This document shows, piece after piece, positions 8,701 through 17,651 of a stretch of DNA of 64,000 nucleotides; the stretch's first letter is position 1; each line of letters begins with the position of its first letter. Source of the stretch: a virus; the IMG/VR virus record IMGVR_UViG_3300042399_002267. One strand, written 5' to 3'. Under the pieces are notes generated by a model that was not told the origin of the DNA, searched no databases, and was given only the letters and a program-made list of their open reading frames with translations. The translations under genes and the position numbers were made by a program.

Positions 8701-9966
8701 TGGAGCTTGTTGAACTGCTTGTTGAGTTTGACCTTGATTTAATGGTTGTGGTCTTTGACCAGAACCAACATCAACACCATCATCAATCATGTCTTGCATA
8801 GTTGCCTGTAAATCAGACATAGCTTTAGTTACTTTTTGAACATGCGTGAGGTCAATATTGTCTTTTCTTGCAAACATGTTCATCACAGCAACTTCTAAGA
8901 AGTTTAATGCAAGGTTGATCATATCCAAGATGTTTAAACCACTTCTTGGATCAATACCCAAAGCATTCAAAATTGCAGCCACTGTAGAGTTTTGACTTGC
9001 TCCTGGACCTGCTAAAAGTTGACCACCAACCAAGTTGCCTGGCGATTGTGCCAATTTCAATGCAGTGTTTGTCGCAGACATTGCCGATCTTAAGAAATTG
9101 TCGTATTCAGATCTTAATTCTGGATTTACTGGAGCACCTTGATGAGCTAAAACAATACTTGATTTGATTTGTTCAGCTTTCTTTTCAAGATTTTCTGCTT
9201 GATTTAAAACATCATCAACATCATAAATTTCTTGAATTTCACAAGCTTCAAAAGCACCATCGCCTACACAAGAAAGCTCTATAAACTTTAAATTGTAGTT
9301 TTCTTCGTAAACTTTTTTGCCTGTAGTTGGATGGGTTTTACCCTTGTGTTTTTTTAAGCATTCACAATAATCTTTGACATCGTATGCTTTGTTGCCACAT
9401 TTTGAGCATGTTCCGTAATCAACAGAACATCCCATAGACACATCGTGAATGATTCCAGTTCTGATATTTCTAGCAATATCAGGATATGCTTCTTCATCTA
9501 CGAAGAAGGTACAATATACACAATTTTCTTTATCATCCCACTCTGCATAAACTACCATCCCTTTGGCTTGTTCAATGTCATCGTTTTTGTGATTTGTATA
9601 AATTGGAACCCCTTCAAATGTCTTATATGCAGGTAACTTTTTTCCTTGAATATCTCTTTCTTTTAAAAGTTCTTCTTTAGAAAAATAATCTCCATTTGCA
9701 TTGCAAATGTCTGCATCTATAGCTCTAGCTCTGACCCAAAGAAGTTTAGCGCCCTGACGAGCTTTCATTTCTTTGACAATATCAAAGTCTTTATATTTTT
9801 CTAAAACATCTTTGGGATCTGCATATAAAGATTGCAAACCAATTTTTGCAGCCTCTCTCATTTGTGATGAGGCTGTCCTAAGCATATGCTCTCTGGCTAT
9901 ATTTCTATCTTGTTCATTTAAGAAACTATCAATTGTGATAGCTCCGCCTTTTGCAATCCTATACAT
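5782..9966 (-). CDS. Prohead (capsid maturation) protease with a very long C-terminal extension and Zn ribbons
   Basis: The N-terminal domain has N.NGDYF..EEL, IYTNH, HDVSMGC and FIELSCV (HK97-type His/Ser protease signature). The C-terminus has CPVC/CQAC and CPKC/CYDC. Confidence 0.75.
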   Translation of the reverse strand: MYRIAKGGAITIDSFLNEQDRNIAREHMLRTASSQMREAAKIGLQSLYADPKDVLEKYKDFDIVKEMKARQGAKLLWVRARAIDADICNANGDYFSKEELLKERDIQGKKLPAYKTFEGVPIYTNHKNDDIEQAKGMVVYAEWDDKENCVYCTFFVDEEAYPDIARNIRTGIIHDVSMGCSVDYGTCSKCGNKAYDVKDYCECLKKHKGKTHPTTGKKVYEENYNLKFIELSCVGDGAFEACEIQEIYDVDDVLNQAENLEKKAEQIKSSIVLAHQGAPVNPELRSEYDNFLRSAMSATNTALKLAQSPGNLVGGQLLAGPGASQNSTVAAILNALGIDPRSGLNILDMINLALNFLEVAVMNMFARKDNIDLTHVQKVTKAMSDLQATMQDMIDDGVDVGSGQRPQPLNQGQTQQAVQQAPQAAAPVGLANYSPMGNVGRVMDLSLPQETSPVGGGVALASSDLHFVWASNDGSREVFASNGYKTPEKTNKVLSFSQSLLELKNSIGYSRDVQSSIESVIRVANERNKNIKNNTPKNNGAEGRNEMDHFAKIASEQRKKLAAAVTIDFKVEDAAGNKVVLSTDGSITGFTNGKRNSWEPILTESQLNMMENGQGTKVAAELLNQYSGFVRTALLDVKERLESRQEQLEEVRTGETYDNLQDGVKSKNTGVMNKVREELLESKQTGKGAEDVKEILLGEAGLYAHRVKDSEVMKTLTELVAEVAKGVPTEVIEKRLSESRTEGSASAHEIMSATINALGRSVVSAMETPDKIIKVAQMLAEEPMLPEMIGTSAAGSEMRADEADNADFFSKDVEPDNSVAAILKQLGDAVTSTITAKDLADAIAVVAEDSAITKEGIMNIIGSLMMDVSVPSEGLDVEAPSSKTEELKSALQSAVDKDEKLPSKEAIKSVISAGAMASEETGTTPSEVIDSMQSMPEKQMIAAITRAKTASSTDARLRSRERRDFWGVRTASADNIDNNVIGWLADYSTNFDIPTKSIVVAAKRLVEDYDLAEKLLTKAIQIKRSSERTAGIQVTQDKSECLRFVCTKDDLEGVNPSDDAFEETFKQKAISVLQEHGFTVDPNTFSFTDLIVTANGDVTATVSTRSTKSFDVSNGSDSMMSEHDAGHESVGEITEEPVVVMTASAKASREAKRNQILLKYAQVPGMTPAAPPAGPVDPNLGQPAPDASAVPGGDLGISAMTGGDEMNASDPNDQISEPGAIKPWGSVCPVCGSDDVNISESNADCQACGTTYKVLQSIELVSMGSNGKGAEELPDLGMGEDMGLGAATAPTEVPPAPPMGAPGAMAPMASYKAMYRLAATVDSDVYLRTAMPDFDKTTEKRLPIGMICPKCGNREAHKVKNNTFCYDCGNYSKTVVSQNKKNPSKLDVNITWID

Positions 9967-10003
9967 AAAATTTCCTCTTTTATGCTCAAACTAATTCCTT
10001 TAG

Positions 10004-10029
10004 TTCTACCTAAATAATGTTTTTACCTG
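10004..10029 (-). promoter_or_regulatory. Putative late promoter CAGGT-N16-TAGAA
   Basis: Minus strand aCAGGTaaaaacattatttaggTAGAAc, just downstream of a terminator and upstream of the protease gene. Confidence 0.6.
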
Positions 10030-10036
10030 TAAAAAT

Positions 10037-10062
10037 TAAACCCGTCGAAATCGACGGGTTTA
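10037..10062 (-). terminator. Intrinsic terminator after the portal gene
   Basis: TAAACCCGTCG-attt-CGACGGGTTTA followed by atttt on the minus strand. Confidence 0.8.
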
Positions 10063-10090
10063 GGAAAATAACTCCAAACAATAAAATTAT

Positions 10091-12391
10091 TTATAAAACA
10101 ATTTGCCCATTAGGTTGAAAATTTGATCTTTTCTTTATAGCATTTACAATAACATTTATACAATCTTGTGGATGATCATTTAATTCTTTATCTGTAAATC
10201 TGACAATAATCCAACCATGAGATGCCAAGTCGGTGTCTCTTCTTTTATCTCTTGCTATTTTTTCTGGGTTATTGTGCCAAATTTCACCATCTGCTTCAAC
10301 ACCTATTCTCAAAGCTGGGATTGCAGCATCAAGTTGAAAATCTTGTGTGTTTCCAGCTGAATATTGTGCATACAATGGATATGGCATATTGATTGACATC
10401 AACATTCCATAAAGTTTTTTCTCTAATGATGTAAACAACTGTGGATTGTTTGTCTGCATTTTCTTTTTAGCAGCAGTTCTAATGTTTTCATCTTCATCAA
10501 CAGAAAATCTATTAAGTTCAATTTTAGCTTCATGATTTAACGGGCTAGAAGTGTCTCCGCCAAAGAAAGGCGTATACATATTTCCATACAACCCATCATA
10601 TTCATCAGGTAGTCTTCCCAAGTAGCCTCTGCCATTTACAGGAACTAAAGACTTGATAAACCCTTCATGCGCAGCAGATTTATATCTTTTGCTAGCTAAA
10701 CGTTTAGTTGTTCCATCAAAATGAATTTGCATTTTTTCATCAACAATTTCATTAATCATCGAAGATGCTAATCTATAGTTTTCATCTCTTGAATTAGCAA
10801 GTGGTGGCGCTAATCCTGGTGCGCCCATTCCTGACATATCAGGAGCTTGCTGTGCTCCAAAACCTTGACCTGAAACTGGACCTGATTGAATGTTCATGCT
10901 GAATTCAGGAACACCATAATTTGGATCCTTCATGAATGTTGCACCTTGTTCAAATCTCAATCTTTCAATTTCTTGATCGACATCTAAACCGAATGCTTCA
11001 ATTAATGAAACATTTGAAACTACTCCATTTTGGTTGGCTGTTACAAGTGTTTGAAGTTTATTAGTTTCATCTCTTAATTCCAAAGAATTGAATTTGATTT
11101 TAGGATAAATGATTTCGTCTTGTCCTCTTTCGCCTTCAACTACAAATCCATTCCACTGAGAAACTGGCTTAAATATTTTTTGTTCTATCCAGTTAGCAAC
11201 TTCATGTCTCCAAGTTTCAATTCTTTGCTCCATTGCAAGAAGACCAACTTGACCAGCTGAGTATGCAGGACCTTCTCCAGTTAATAACACTTTACTAAGC
11301 ATCATTCCATCTAGAAGTTCATTTTCGATTAATTCAAATTGATTGGAGATATCATAAATTTTTCCACTAGCTCCATACCATTCTAAATCAAAGTTATGGT
11401 GAGTAACAAGTGTAAGGTTAGGGTCATTTGCCAAAGATGACAATTCATCTTGAACGCTATCAATATCTTCTTGAGATGCAGGACGAGTATCAGAGCCTAT
11501 TTTGACAACCTTAACAGGAATGATTAATCTTTCAGCAATTATATATTGAGCCTGTCTAAGTTTATCTTTGTAAGTTAATGTTTGAAACAATGGTCTTACA
11601 ATAGATGTGCCATAATCTTCCCAAGGATTAGAGCCATATTTAAAATGATGAATTGATATTGGGTTTAATTTGATTGGTTCACCCTTTTGTATCAATCTCT
11701 TTACACCATCAGGGATATTTTCATATACTTCTTTTGGGCTACGTTCTGTGACAATTCTTACTTCTTCTGCAGATGGTCTGTAAGAATATGATCCATGTTG
11801 ATCAATCATCCCTGGAGATTTTAAAACACTGTCAGGATTTAGGATAGAACATGATTTCCAAGTGGCTCCGTCATGTTGACATTCTTCGCCTTTTTCATTG
11901 TCCCAGTTTGATCCAAAACAATGAGGGCAATCAATTGACATTAATACGAATGCATCACCCAATAAATAATAGACTTTGGAAATCTCCGGGAGCCATTTTT
12001 GGAAATTTAAAACTTCAATTAATTTTTCAAAATAGTCTTTTACATAAGTGGAAGAACACTCAAGTTTCCATCCTGAAAATGGATAAGTAGCATAAAAATT
12101 TATTCCAGCAGCAACTTTAGGTTCATTATTTTTCCACCAGTTTGCCCAAAGATATACTTCACGTCGAGCATTTGGAATCTGAAAAGATGAAGGAGTTAAG
12201 AACGGTGAATAAAAGTTAGGAGAAGTGGTTACTGAATTTACAGATGCTTGCCTTACATTAGGACCTGGACCTTGAGAAACTCTGCTAGTGGCATGATTTC
12301 TTTTTTCAGTAACATCACTTATTGTTGTTTCACCAATTACTGATTTTGCTGATGATTTGATAGCAGCTGCCAATGAAAGTCTATTTGCCAT
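10091..12391 (-). CDS. Portal protein with a C-terminal DUF559/Vsr-like PD-(D/E)xK nuclease domain
   Basis: Portal-like core (YYLLGDAFV, ILNPD, HFKYGSNPWEDYGTSIVRP, KLRQAQ..IAER...PVKVVKIG, GEGPAYS). The C-terminus has QLDAAIPALRIGVEADGEIWH..DKRRD..L...GW.IVRFT. Confidence 0.8.
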   Translation of the reverse strand: MANRLSLAAAIKSSAKSVIGETTISDVTEKRNHATSRVSQGPGPNVRQASVNSVTTSPNFYSPFLTPSSFQIPNARREVYLWANWWKNNEPKVAAGINFYATYPFSGWKLECSSTYVKDYFEKLIEVLNFQKWLPEISKVYYLLGDAFVLMSIDCPHCFGSNWDNEKGEECQHDGATWKSCSILNPDSVLKSPGMIDQHGSYSYRPSAEEVRIVTERSPKEVYENIPDGVKRLIQKGEPIKLNPISIHHFKYGSNPWEDYGTSIVRPLFQTLTYKDKLRQAQYIIAERLIIPVKVVKIGSDTRPASQEDIDSVQDELSSLANDPNLTLVTHHNFDLEWYGASGKIYDISNQFELIENELLDGMMLSKVLLTGEGPAYSAGQVGLLAMEQRIETWRHEVANWIEQKIFKPVSQWNGFVVEGERGQDEIIYPKIKFNSLELRDETNKLQTLVTANQNGVVSNVSLIEAFGLDVDQEIERLRFEQGATFMKDPNYGVPEFSMNIQSGPVSGQGFGAQQAPDMSGMGAPGLAPPLANSRDENYRLASSMINEIVDEKMQIHFDGTTKRLASKRYKSAAHEGFIKSLVPVNGRGYLGRLPDEYDGLYGNMYTPFFGGDTSSPLNHEAKIELNRFSVDEDENIRTAAKKKMQTNNPQLFTSLEKKLYGMLMSINMPYPLYAQYSAGNTQDFQLDAAIPALRIGVEADGEIWHNNPEKIARDKRRDTDLASHGWIIVRFTDKELNDHPQDCINVIVNAIKKRSNFQPNGQIVL

Positions 12392-12398
12392 AACAAGT

Positions 12399-12427
12399 AT
12401 TATACCAGAGTTTTATTAGACGGTAAA
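12399..12427 (-). promoter_or_regulatory. sigma70-type extended -10 promoter for a leaderless portal transcript
   Basis: TTTACC-17-TATAAT (TGg-TATAAT)-7 nt-ATG(12391); no SD. Confidence 0.6.
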
Positions 12428-12801
12428 TTGTCATAAAAAACTGAAGGATCGCCTTTACCAGAATTGTACTGTATGGTTCCTTCACCATTTTTCATACTCA
12501 TCCCGCCTTTGCCCTTTTCAACTTGCAACATGTTTATTGAGTCTTCTTCGTAATGTCTTCCATTTTCAAGTTGACTTTGCAAAGTTTGAAATCTAGGGTC
12601 ATTAGCCTCTATATCAGATTGTGGAACATCTTGAACAATTTTTTCGAATAATTGAGATTGATTTGTTTTGGAATCAATATAAAAGTCATCTAAAGATCTT
12701 CCTTGGTCTAAAAGAAACTTAATCATTTCTCCTGACATTTCAGGTTTTTGAGGATTTATTACTCCCCCGCCAATTCCATCTTTAGCAATTCTGTACCACA
12801 T
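12400..12801 (-). CDS. Hypothetical head-associated protein (MWYRIAK leader)
   Basis: 133-aa ORF in the head module; its N-terminus is nearly identical to that of the protease (MYRIAKGG). Confidence 0.6.
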   Translation of the reverse strand: MWYRIAKDGIGGGVINPQKPEMSGEMIKFLLDQGRSLDDFYIDSKTNQSQLFEKIVQDVPQSDIEANDPRFQTLQSQLENGRHYEEDSINMLQVEKGKGGMSMKNGEGTIQYNSGKGDPSVFYDNLPSNKTLV

Positions 12802-12802
12802 A

Positions 12803-14425
12803 TTAATACTCTAAATTACTTTTTCGTTTATCTTCTAATAAGGTATCTATGCCAGCATCTTTTAACTTATTGACAAAATCTTCTAATTCTTCTTCAGAAT
12901 AAAGATCATAATAATCTTCTTCTTCTAAAAGTGCTTCAATTGAAGCATCAATATCTTTGTCATTCTTGATAGTTCTTCTATCTTCTAATTGTTCGTTTTT
13001 TGGCTTGATATCTTTAGGATTATTGCGTGATTCTTCTAATTTTTCATCTAGTTTGACATCTTTTTTAGCTGTTTTATTTAAAAGATGTGAGATTGAATCT
13101 TCAGAACCATCTCCTGCCTCATCATTGATTTCTTTCTTGATGTCAATAGCATTTGAAGAAAAATCATTTAATTGTTTAGCAAAAGACTCATCCATTTCAT
13201 CTTTGTGAGAATATAATGAATCTTTCCCAAGCTGTTCTTGTCTTGTCTTCATTAATTCATCACCAGATGTGTGTAATTTTTCAATCAATTCATTTAAAAA
13301 ATCTTTTTTAGGCTCATTGGTTCTTGGCAATTGATTTTCAATTGTTTTATCAGTAATTGATTGAGCTTTCTTCACTGTCTTTTCAACATTTCTGTGACCT
13401 GAAGATTCTAATCTCTTTTCAATAGATTCTTCTGGAAGTGAATCTCTTTTATAACCTTTTTGATTTTTTTCAAATCTTGTTTCAAAAGGTATTTCACCTT
13501 CTGTTAATTTCTTAGATCTTTCGCCTTCGTTGAGTTCAAGAGCATTCGCTTCATTGTCAGGATGCTTGTGAACATTCAATCTTGCCATGACTTGTTCTTG
13601 TGGCTGGAATGATACTTTCAACCATGCTTCATATGCACAAGATACAGTGCCATCTTTTGCTAATCTTGAGTCAATACAATGATCTCTACATTTGCTGACT
13701 TCCATTGGAACAGCGCTTTTGTATCCTTGAAATATGCCTTTAGGGCATAATAAATAAGGTTCATTGAATTGAGTTTGTAAAGTTGTATATGCAACTCTTA
13801 CATTTGAAGAAGGTGTAATTGATTCAAATTGATTTCTGATAATTGCAATAGCTTTTGAATAATTGAATGAATCACCTTTTAAGACATGATTTCTTGCTGT
13901 TTTGATCATTGAGGAATTATTAGATTCTACAACCTTAAGTAATTCATCAAGAGTTTCTAATGCATCTAATTGCCAAGACCCTCTAGATTTATCTTCTAGT
14001 TTGTATGCAACTTTTTCAAATTTGATAGCTTCAGAATCATGTCCTGCTGCATTTTGCAATGAATTGTATGCATGTCTAAGTAATGCACATACTTGTGAAT
14101 TTCTAATGTTCATAAGCTTGTTCAAATCCGAGGAGACTTTAATGATCGCTTCATTTGGTCTCAATTTTCTCATTTTATTAATTTTGCCTGGACCATCCAT
14201 TTCAAAAAATGCTTTGACCAAAGCGTCATCAATATCAAAATCTTTTTCCATTAATTTTCCAAATATTGATTCGGATGGAATAAAACTTCTTTTTGATATA
14301 TGTTCTTGAAGCGAAGCTACTTCATCTTGTAGCAATTTGATCAAACCTTCTGCTCCAATTTTGCCCATTATTTTTTCAGCAACATCTGGGTTATGAGAAT
14401 GCAATTTGATCTTATAGCTATCCAT
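12803..14425 (-). CDS. Hypothetical head-associated protein with a Cys cluster and E-x-[QR]-L repeats
   Basis: 540-aa ORF with CPKG..CRDHC..CAY and repeated IEKRL/IENQL/RQEQL. Confidence 0.6.
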   Translation of the reverse strand: MDSYKIKLHSHNPDVAEKIMGKIGAEGLIKLLQDEVASLQEHISKRSFIPSESIFGKLMEKDFDIDDALVKAFFEMDGPGKINKMRKLRPNEAIIKVSSDLNKLMNIRNSQVCALLRHAYNSLQNAAGHDSEAIKFEKVAYKLEDKSRGSWQLDALETLDELLKVVESNNSSMIKTARNHVLKGDSFNYSKAIAIIRNQFESITPSSNVRVAYTTLQTQFNEPYLLCPKGIFQGYKSAVPMEVSKCRDHCIDSRLAKDGTVSCAYEAWLKVSFQPQEQVMARLNVHKHPDNEANALELNEGERSKKLTEGEIPFETRFEKNQKGYKRDSLPEESIEKRLESSGHRNVEKTVKKAQSITDKTIENQLPRTNEPKKDFLNELIEKLHTSGDELMKTRQEQLGKDSLYSHKDEMDESFAKQLNDFSSNAIDIKKEINDEAGDGSEDSISHLLNKTAKKDVKLDEKLEESRNNPKDIKPKNEQLEDRRTIKNDKDIDASIEALLEEEDYYDLYSEEELEDFVNKLKDAGIDTLLEDKRKSNLEY

Positions 14426-14426
14426 T

Positions 14427-15380
14427 TTAATTTCCTAAGCCTAAATTTTCTAATTCTTCTTTATCGAAGCCTCTATCAGTTAAAGCTTTTTTGATAGCAG
14501 ATAGTTTTTGAGCAACACCCTTTTTGCTAACAGGATCTTTAAAGTCACCTTGTTTAGTATTTTTATCAACAACAAGTAAATCTGAGAGATACATTGTTCT
14601 CATTATCAATTCTGCTGTAGAAGACTTTGAATAATCTGGTTCAGCATCATAATCTAAACCTGCTGTGCGAATAATATTTTCGGTCTCAGCATGCTTTTCA
14701 AGCTCGTTCTCAATCTTATCTTTGATATTTTTTTGTTCTTTGATAGATTTTTCTTTTTTAGTATCACGATTTTTTTTCTTATTATAATCACGAACAATAT
14801 CAACAGCTCTTTCAACTGTTTCATTGTTCCAATACTTAAGTTTTGCTAAAAAGCGAACAATATCATTTTTCTCAACACCATGATCTAAAAGTTTACCAAC
14901 TTTACCCATCAAAACTCTGAATGGGTTACCTCTGGTTTTCTTTTTGGGTTTTATTGCTTGTTGAGCTGTTCTATTGTTGTACACGGCATTGCCTTTCACA
15001 AGTTTATTAACTTCTTCTTTGTATTTTTTTGCTAATTCAATTGGTGTAGGATCTCTCTGATTTAAATTGTCAGGATTTCTTGTTAATTTTCTTTTATCAC
15101 CATTTAAATTTGAAGAATTTAAAATTTTTATAAGTTTTTCTCTTACCTCTGGTCTAGTGGATTCTGAAATTGCATTTTCAATTTCTGCACTTAAACCAAT
15201 TGACATTGATTCATTAATTATTTTATCCATTAATGAATTAAATTTCTTCAATGTCAAACCCTGTTCTTGTTGTCCCTGTTGTTGTCCATTAAGGGGCATA
15301 TTTGTAGCACCCACAGCATCAGAGGTACTTGGAGTAGAGCCTGGTGGTGGTCCAGATGGTACTTGTGAAATCTTATTCAT
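14427..15380 (-). CDS. Hypothetical head-associated protein
   Basis: 317-aa ORF tightly coupled in the operon; RTAQ and RTAG motifs. Confidence 0.6.
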   Translation of the reverse strand: MNKISQVPSGPPPGSTPSTSDAVGATNMPLNGQQQGQQEQGLTLKKFNSLMDKIINESMSIGLSAEIENAISESTRPEVREKLIKILNSSNLNGDKRKLTRNPDNLNQRDPTPIELAKKYKEEVNKLVKGNAVYNNRTAQQAIKPKKKTRGNPFRVLMGKVGKLLDHGVEKNDIVRFLAKLKYWNNETVERAVDIVRDYNKKKNRDTKKEKSIKEQKNIKDKIENELEKHAETENIIRTAGLDYDAEPDYSKSSTAELIMRTMYLSDLLVVDKNTKQGDFKDPVSKKGVAQKLSAIKKALTDRGFDKEELENLGLGN

Positions 15381-16195
15381 TAGTCTAAATCGTCAAAATT
15401 CAAATCAATATTGTTATAAATATCTCTTAAAGTTTTAGCTGGCTGCTGTGATTTTTGTTCGAAAGATCTACCAGTTGCAGATTTGATTTCATTTTTTTCT
15501 TCTCTGAGCTTTTGCTGTGAAGCAATTCTCATAGATTCTCTTTGATCAAGTTTATCGGAATCAATCATCCCAAATTGTGATGAATATTCTGTATCTGAAG
15601 AAGTTCTGAGGATGGAATGTGCTCTAGCATTAACAGTGTTTGATTTTCTGATAGTATTGATTGCTCTATCTTCCCAATCTTTGTGTCTGGATGCTTTAGC
15701 TTCTCTTGAAGCTTGAGTTTGTGCAACTACTTGTTCACTGGTGTTTTCTTGACTATTTAAGAATTCTTGGGATAATGCAATCATATCTGGATTGAAAATA
15801 GATGCAGAGCCTCTAAGCATAGCATCCATGTATTCTTCTGAAGAGAATGCTTGCAAACCACTTGTTGTAGTTCTTGCATTTAATCCCTCATCAACTCCAT
15901 AATCAGATCTTCTGATTGAACCAAAATCATTGTTCAATAAAGATTCTTCCATTGAAGAAGGTCTTAGATCTTCATACTTTGCTGCGCCAGAAATCTTTTC
16001 CCAGGACTTTTCAAGATTTGAAGCTTCTTTGCCCATACCCACTTGCTGTTTCGACATTTTAAATCTATTTTCGGTAGAATTTCTTTTTAAATCAGCATAT
16101 GGATCTTCTTCAACGTCAACTTGTGCACCGACAAATTTGTTTTGAATGAAAGATGGTATATTGTCTATTTCTGATACTTTTCTAAATTTGCTCAT
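15380..16195 (-). CDS. Hypothetical head-associated protein
   Basis: 271-aa ORF with an SD-like AGGA; 1-nt stop/start overlap with the next gene. Confidence 0.6.
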   Translation of the reverse strand: MSKFRKVSEIDNIPSFIQNKFVGAQVDVEEDPYADLKRNSTENRFKMSKQQVGMGKEASNLEKSWEKISGAAKYEDLRPSSMEESLLNNDFGSIRRSDYGVDEGLNARTTTSGLQAFSSEEYMDAMLRGSASIFNPDMIALSQEFLNSQENTSEQVVAQTQASREAKASRHKDWEDRAINTIRKSNTVNARAHSILRTSSDTEYSSQFGMIDSDKLDQRESMRIASQQKLREEKNEIKSATGRSFEQKSQQPAKTLRDIYNNIDLNFDDLD

Positions 16196-16225
16196 GTTTA
16201 TTTTCCTGGAATAATCTACAAGACA

Positions 16226-16252
16226 ATCCCAGGAGGATAGAACTCCTGGGAT
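16226..16252 (-). terminator. Intergenic stem-loop (possible weak terminator or processing site)
   Basis: ATCCCAGGAG-7 nt-CTCCTGGGAT; the U-tract is poor. Confidence 0.45.
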
Positions 16253-16273
16253 GTTATTTCTTGAGGATTTTTT

Positions 16274-17191
16274 TTATGATTTCTTATCGTACTTCTTGGT
16301 AAACAAGGCTTCAATCCAATCTTGATCGCCGTAACCAAGGTCATTCTTCCAATAATCAATCAATCTGCTGTAATCTGCATCTGAAAGAGTTGCTTCCTTG
16401 ACCATAGATGCAACAGCTGTTTTCTTAACTGATGTTGCAAGGTTGGATGCCATTACATTTTTGATGTCTACAGTATTGTCTGCAACAGGAGCATTATTAC
16501 CAAGCATTGCATCCACATATTCTTGTGGAAAACCTTGAGCTAATGCTTTTGAAGCAAAGGCTTTTTTAGCATTAACTGGAAGATTAGTGATTGGTCTAAA
16601 TCCAGATTCGGTATTTGTCTTTGCAGTCTTCACTTTTTGTGCAGCCTTTTCATCGTTTGCTACTTTAGTGACTAAAGATTCACGATATGCTTTTCTTTGA
16701 GCTAATTTTTGATTCTTTTCAGCTTCAGCTTTGACAATGGTCTCAACTTTGCTTGCTAATCTAACTCTTCTCTCATGTCTTGCAGCAAGGATTGCATTTT
16801 TAAGATCTTCATCGCCTGCAGCAATTGCAGCTTCTACTGCATCAGCTGAAAGCTGTGATGGATGGTTAAAAACAATACTTGAACTTAATTTGAGTTTCTT
16901 TTTCTCAGCTTCTGGTAAAGCATCTATGATATCCTGTACAGATGCATCTTTAGCATCTTTGACATCTTTTTTAGCATCTTTTTTATCATCATCATCTTGA
17001 TCTTCAGATGCATTTTTATTCTTTTGATCAAGATATTCTTGCAATCCAGGATTAAGTTTGCCTGATGTTTTACCAGCTTCTTTAACTTCAGCTAGTTTAT
17101 TGTTGAAATTGTCCCAATTGATGCCTTGAAAAACCATCTCTGAATCAAGTGGATCTTCATTGACATGTGTAGGGAAGATTCTATCTGCCAT
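16274..17191 (-). CDS. Hypothetical head-associated helical protein
   Basis: 305 aa, Lys/Ala-rich, SD GAGGAG; RLAS, KLAQ, KTAK and KTAV motifs. Confidence 0.6.
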   Translation of the reverse strand: MADRIFPTHVNEDPLDSEMVFQGINWDNFNNKLAEVKEAGKTSGKLNPGLQEYLDQKNKNASEDQDDDDKKDAKKDVKDAKDASVQDIIDALPEAEKKKLKLSSSIVFNHPSQLSADAVEAAIAAGDEDLKNAILAARHERRVRLASKVETIVKAEAEKNQKLAQRKAYRESLVTKVANDEKAAQKVKTAKTNTESGFRPITNLPVNAKKAFASKALAQGFPQEYVDAMLGNNAPVADNTVDIKNVMASNLATSVKKTAVASMVKEATLSDADYSRLIDYWKNDLGYGDQDWIEALFTKKYDKKS

Positions 17192-17228
17192 AATTTTAAT
17201 AACTCCTCAAGAAATTATATTGTAAACC

Positions 17229-17254
17229 TTCTGAAATTTAATCTATCAAACCTT
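17229..17254 (-). promoter_or_regulatory. Putative late promoter AAGGT-N16-CAGAA
   Basis: Same spacing as the two CAGGT-N16-TAGAA sites; lies upstream of the 16274..17191 gene. Confidence 0.4.
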
Positions 17255-17270
17255 CAGAAGTTTTATTTCT

Positions 17271-17609
17271 CTATGTTTTTTTATCCAATATGAGTTTTTT
17301 GCCCTTCAAAATTAATTTGTCTCCAATATTAATTTTGAGTTTTTTGAATATGCCTTTATATGCTTCTACAACATATTTGACATCATCTGCGTCTGGAGCA
17401 ACAAGTTTTGTGCTCTGTTTTTCTAAATCTTTAAAATCTAAAATTTCAAAATCATTATTTAGAAATGCCAAACTAAGAGAAAAATCTACATTATTATTCC
17501 AAAAAGAATGTTGACCTTTAGAAGGAAATGTAAAAAATACTACTTCCAATTCTTCTAAAGGTTCTGCAAACATCAATCCCTTAGTTCTTTTTTGATCGTT
17601 GTCAGCCAT
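17271..17609 (-). CDS. DUF192 family protein
   Basis: R.KGLMF, FWNNNVDFSLSLAFL, YVVE...G and I.IGD match the DUF192 pattern. Confidence 0.75.
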   Translation of the reverse strand: MADNDQKRTKGLMFAEPLEELEVVFFTFPSKGQHSFWNNNVDFSLSLAFLNNDFEILDFKDLEKQSTKLVAPDADDVKYVVEAYKGIFKKLKINIGDKLILKGKKLILDKKT

Positions 17610-17651
17610 AAACCTGATTTCGAATTCATCACGGAATTCACTACTAGAGAG

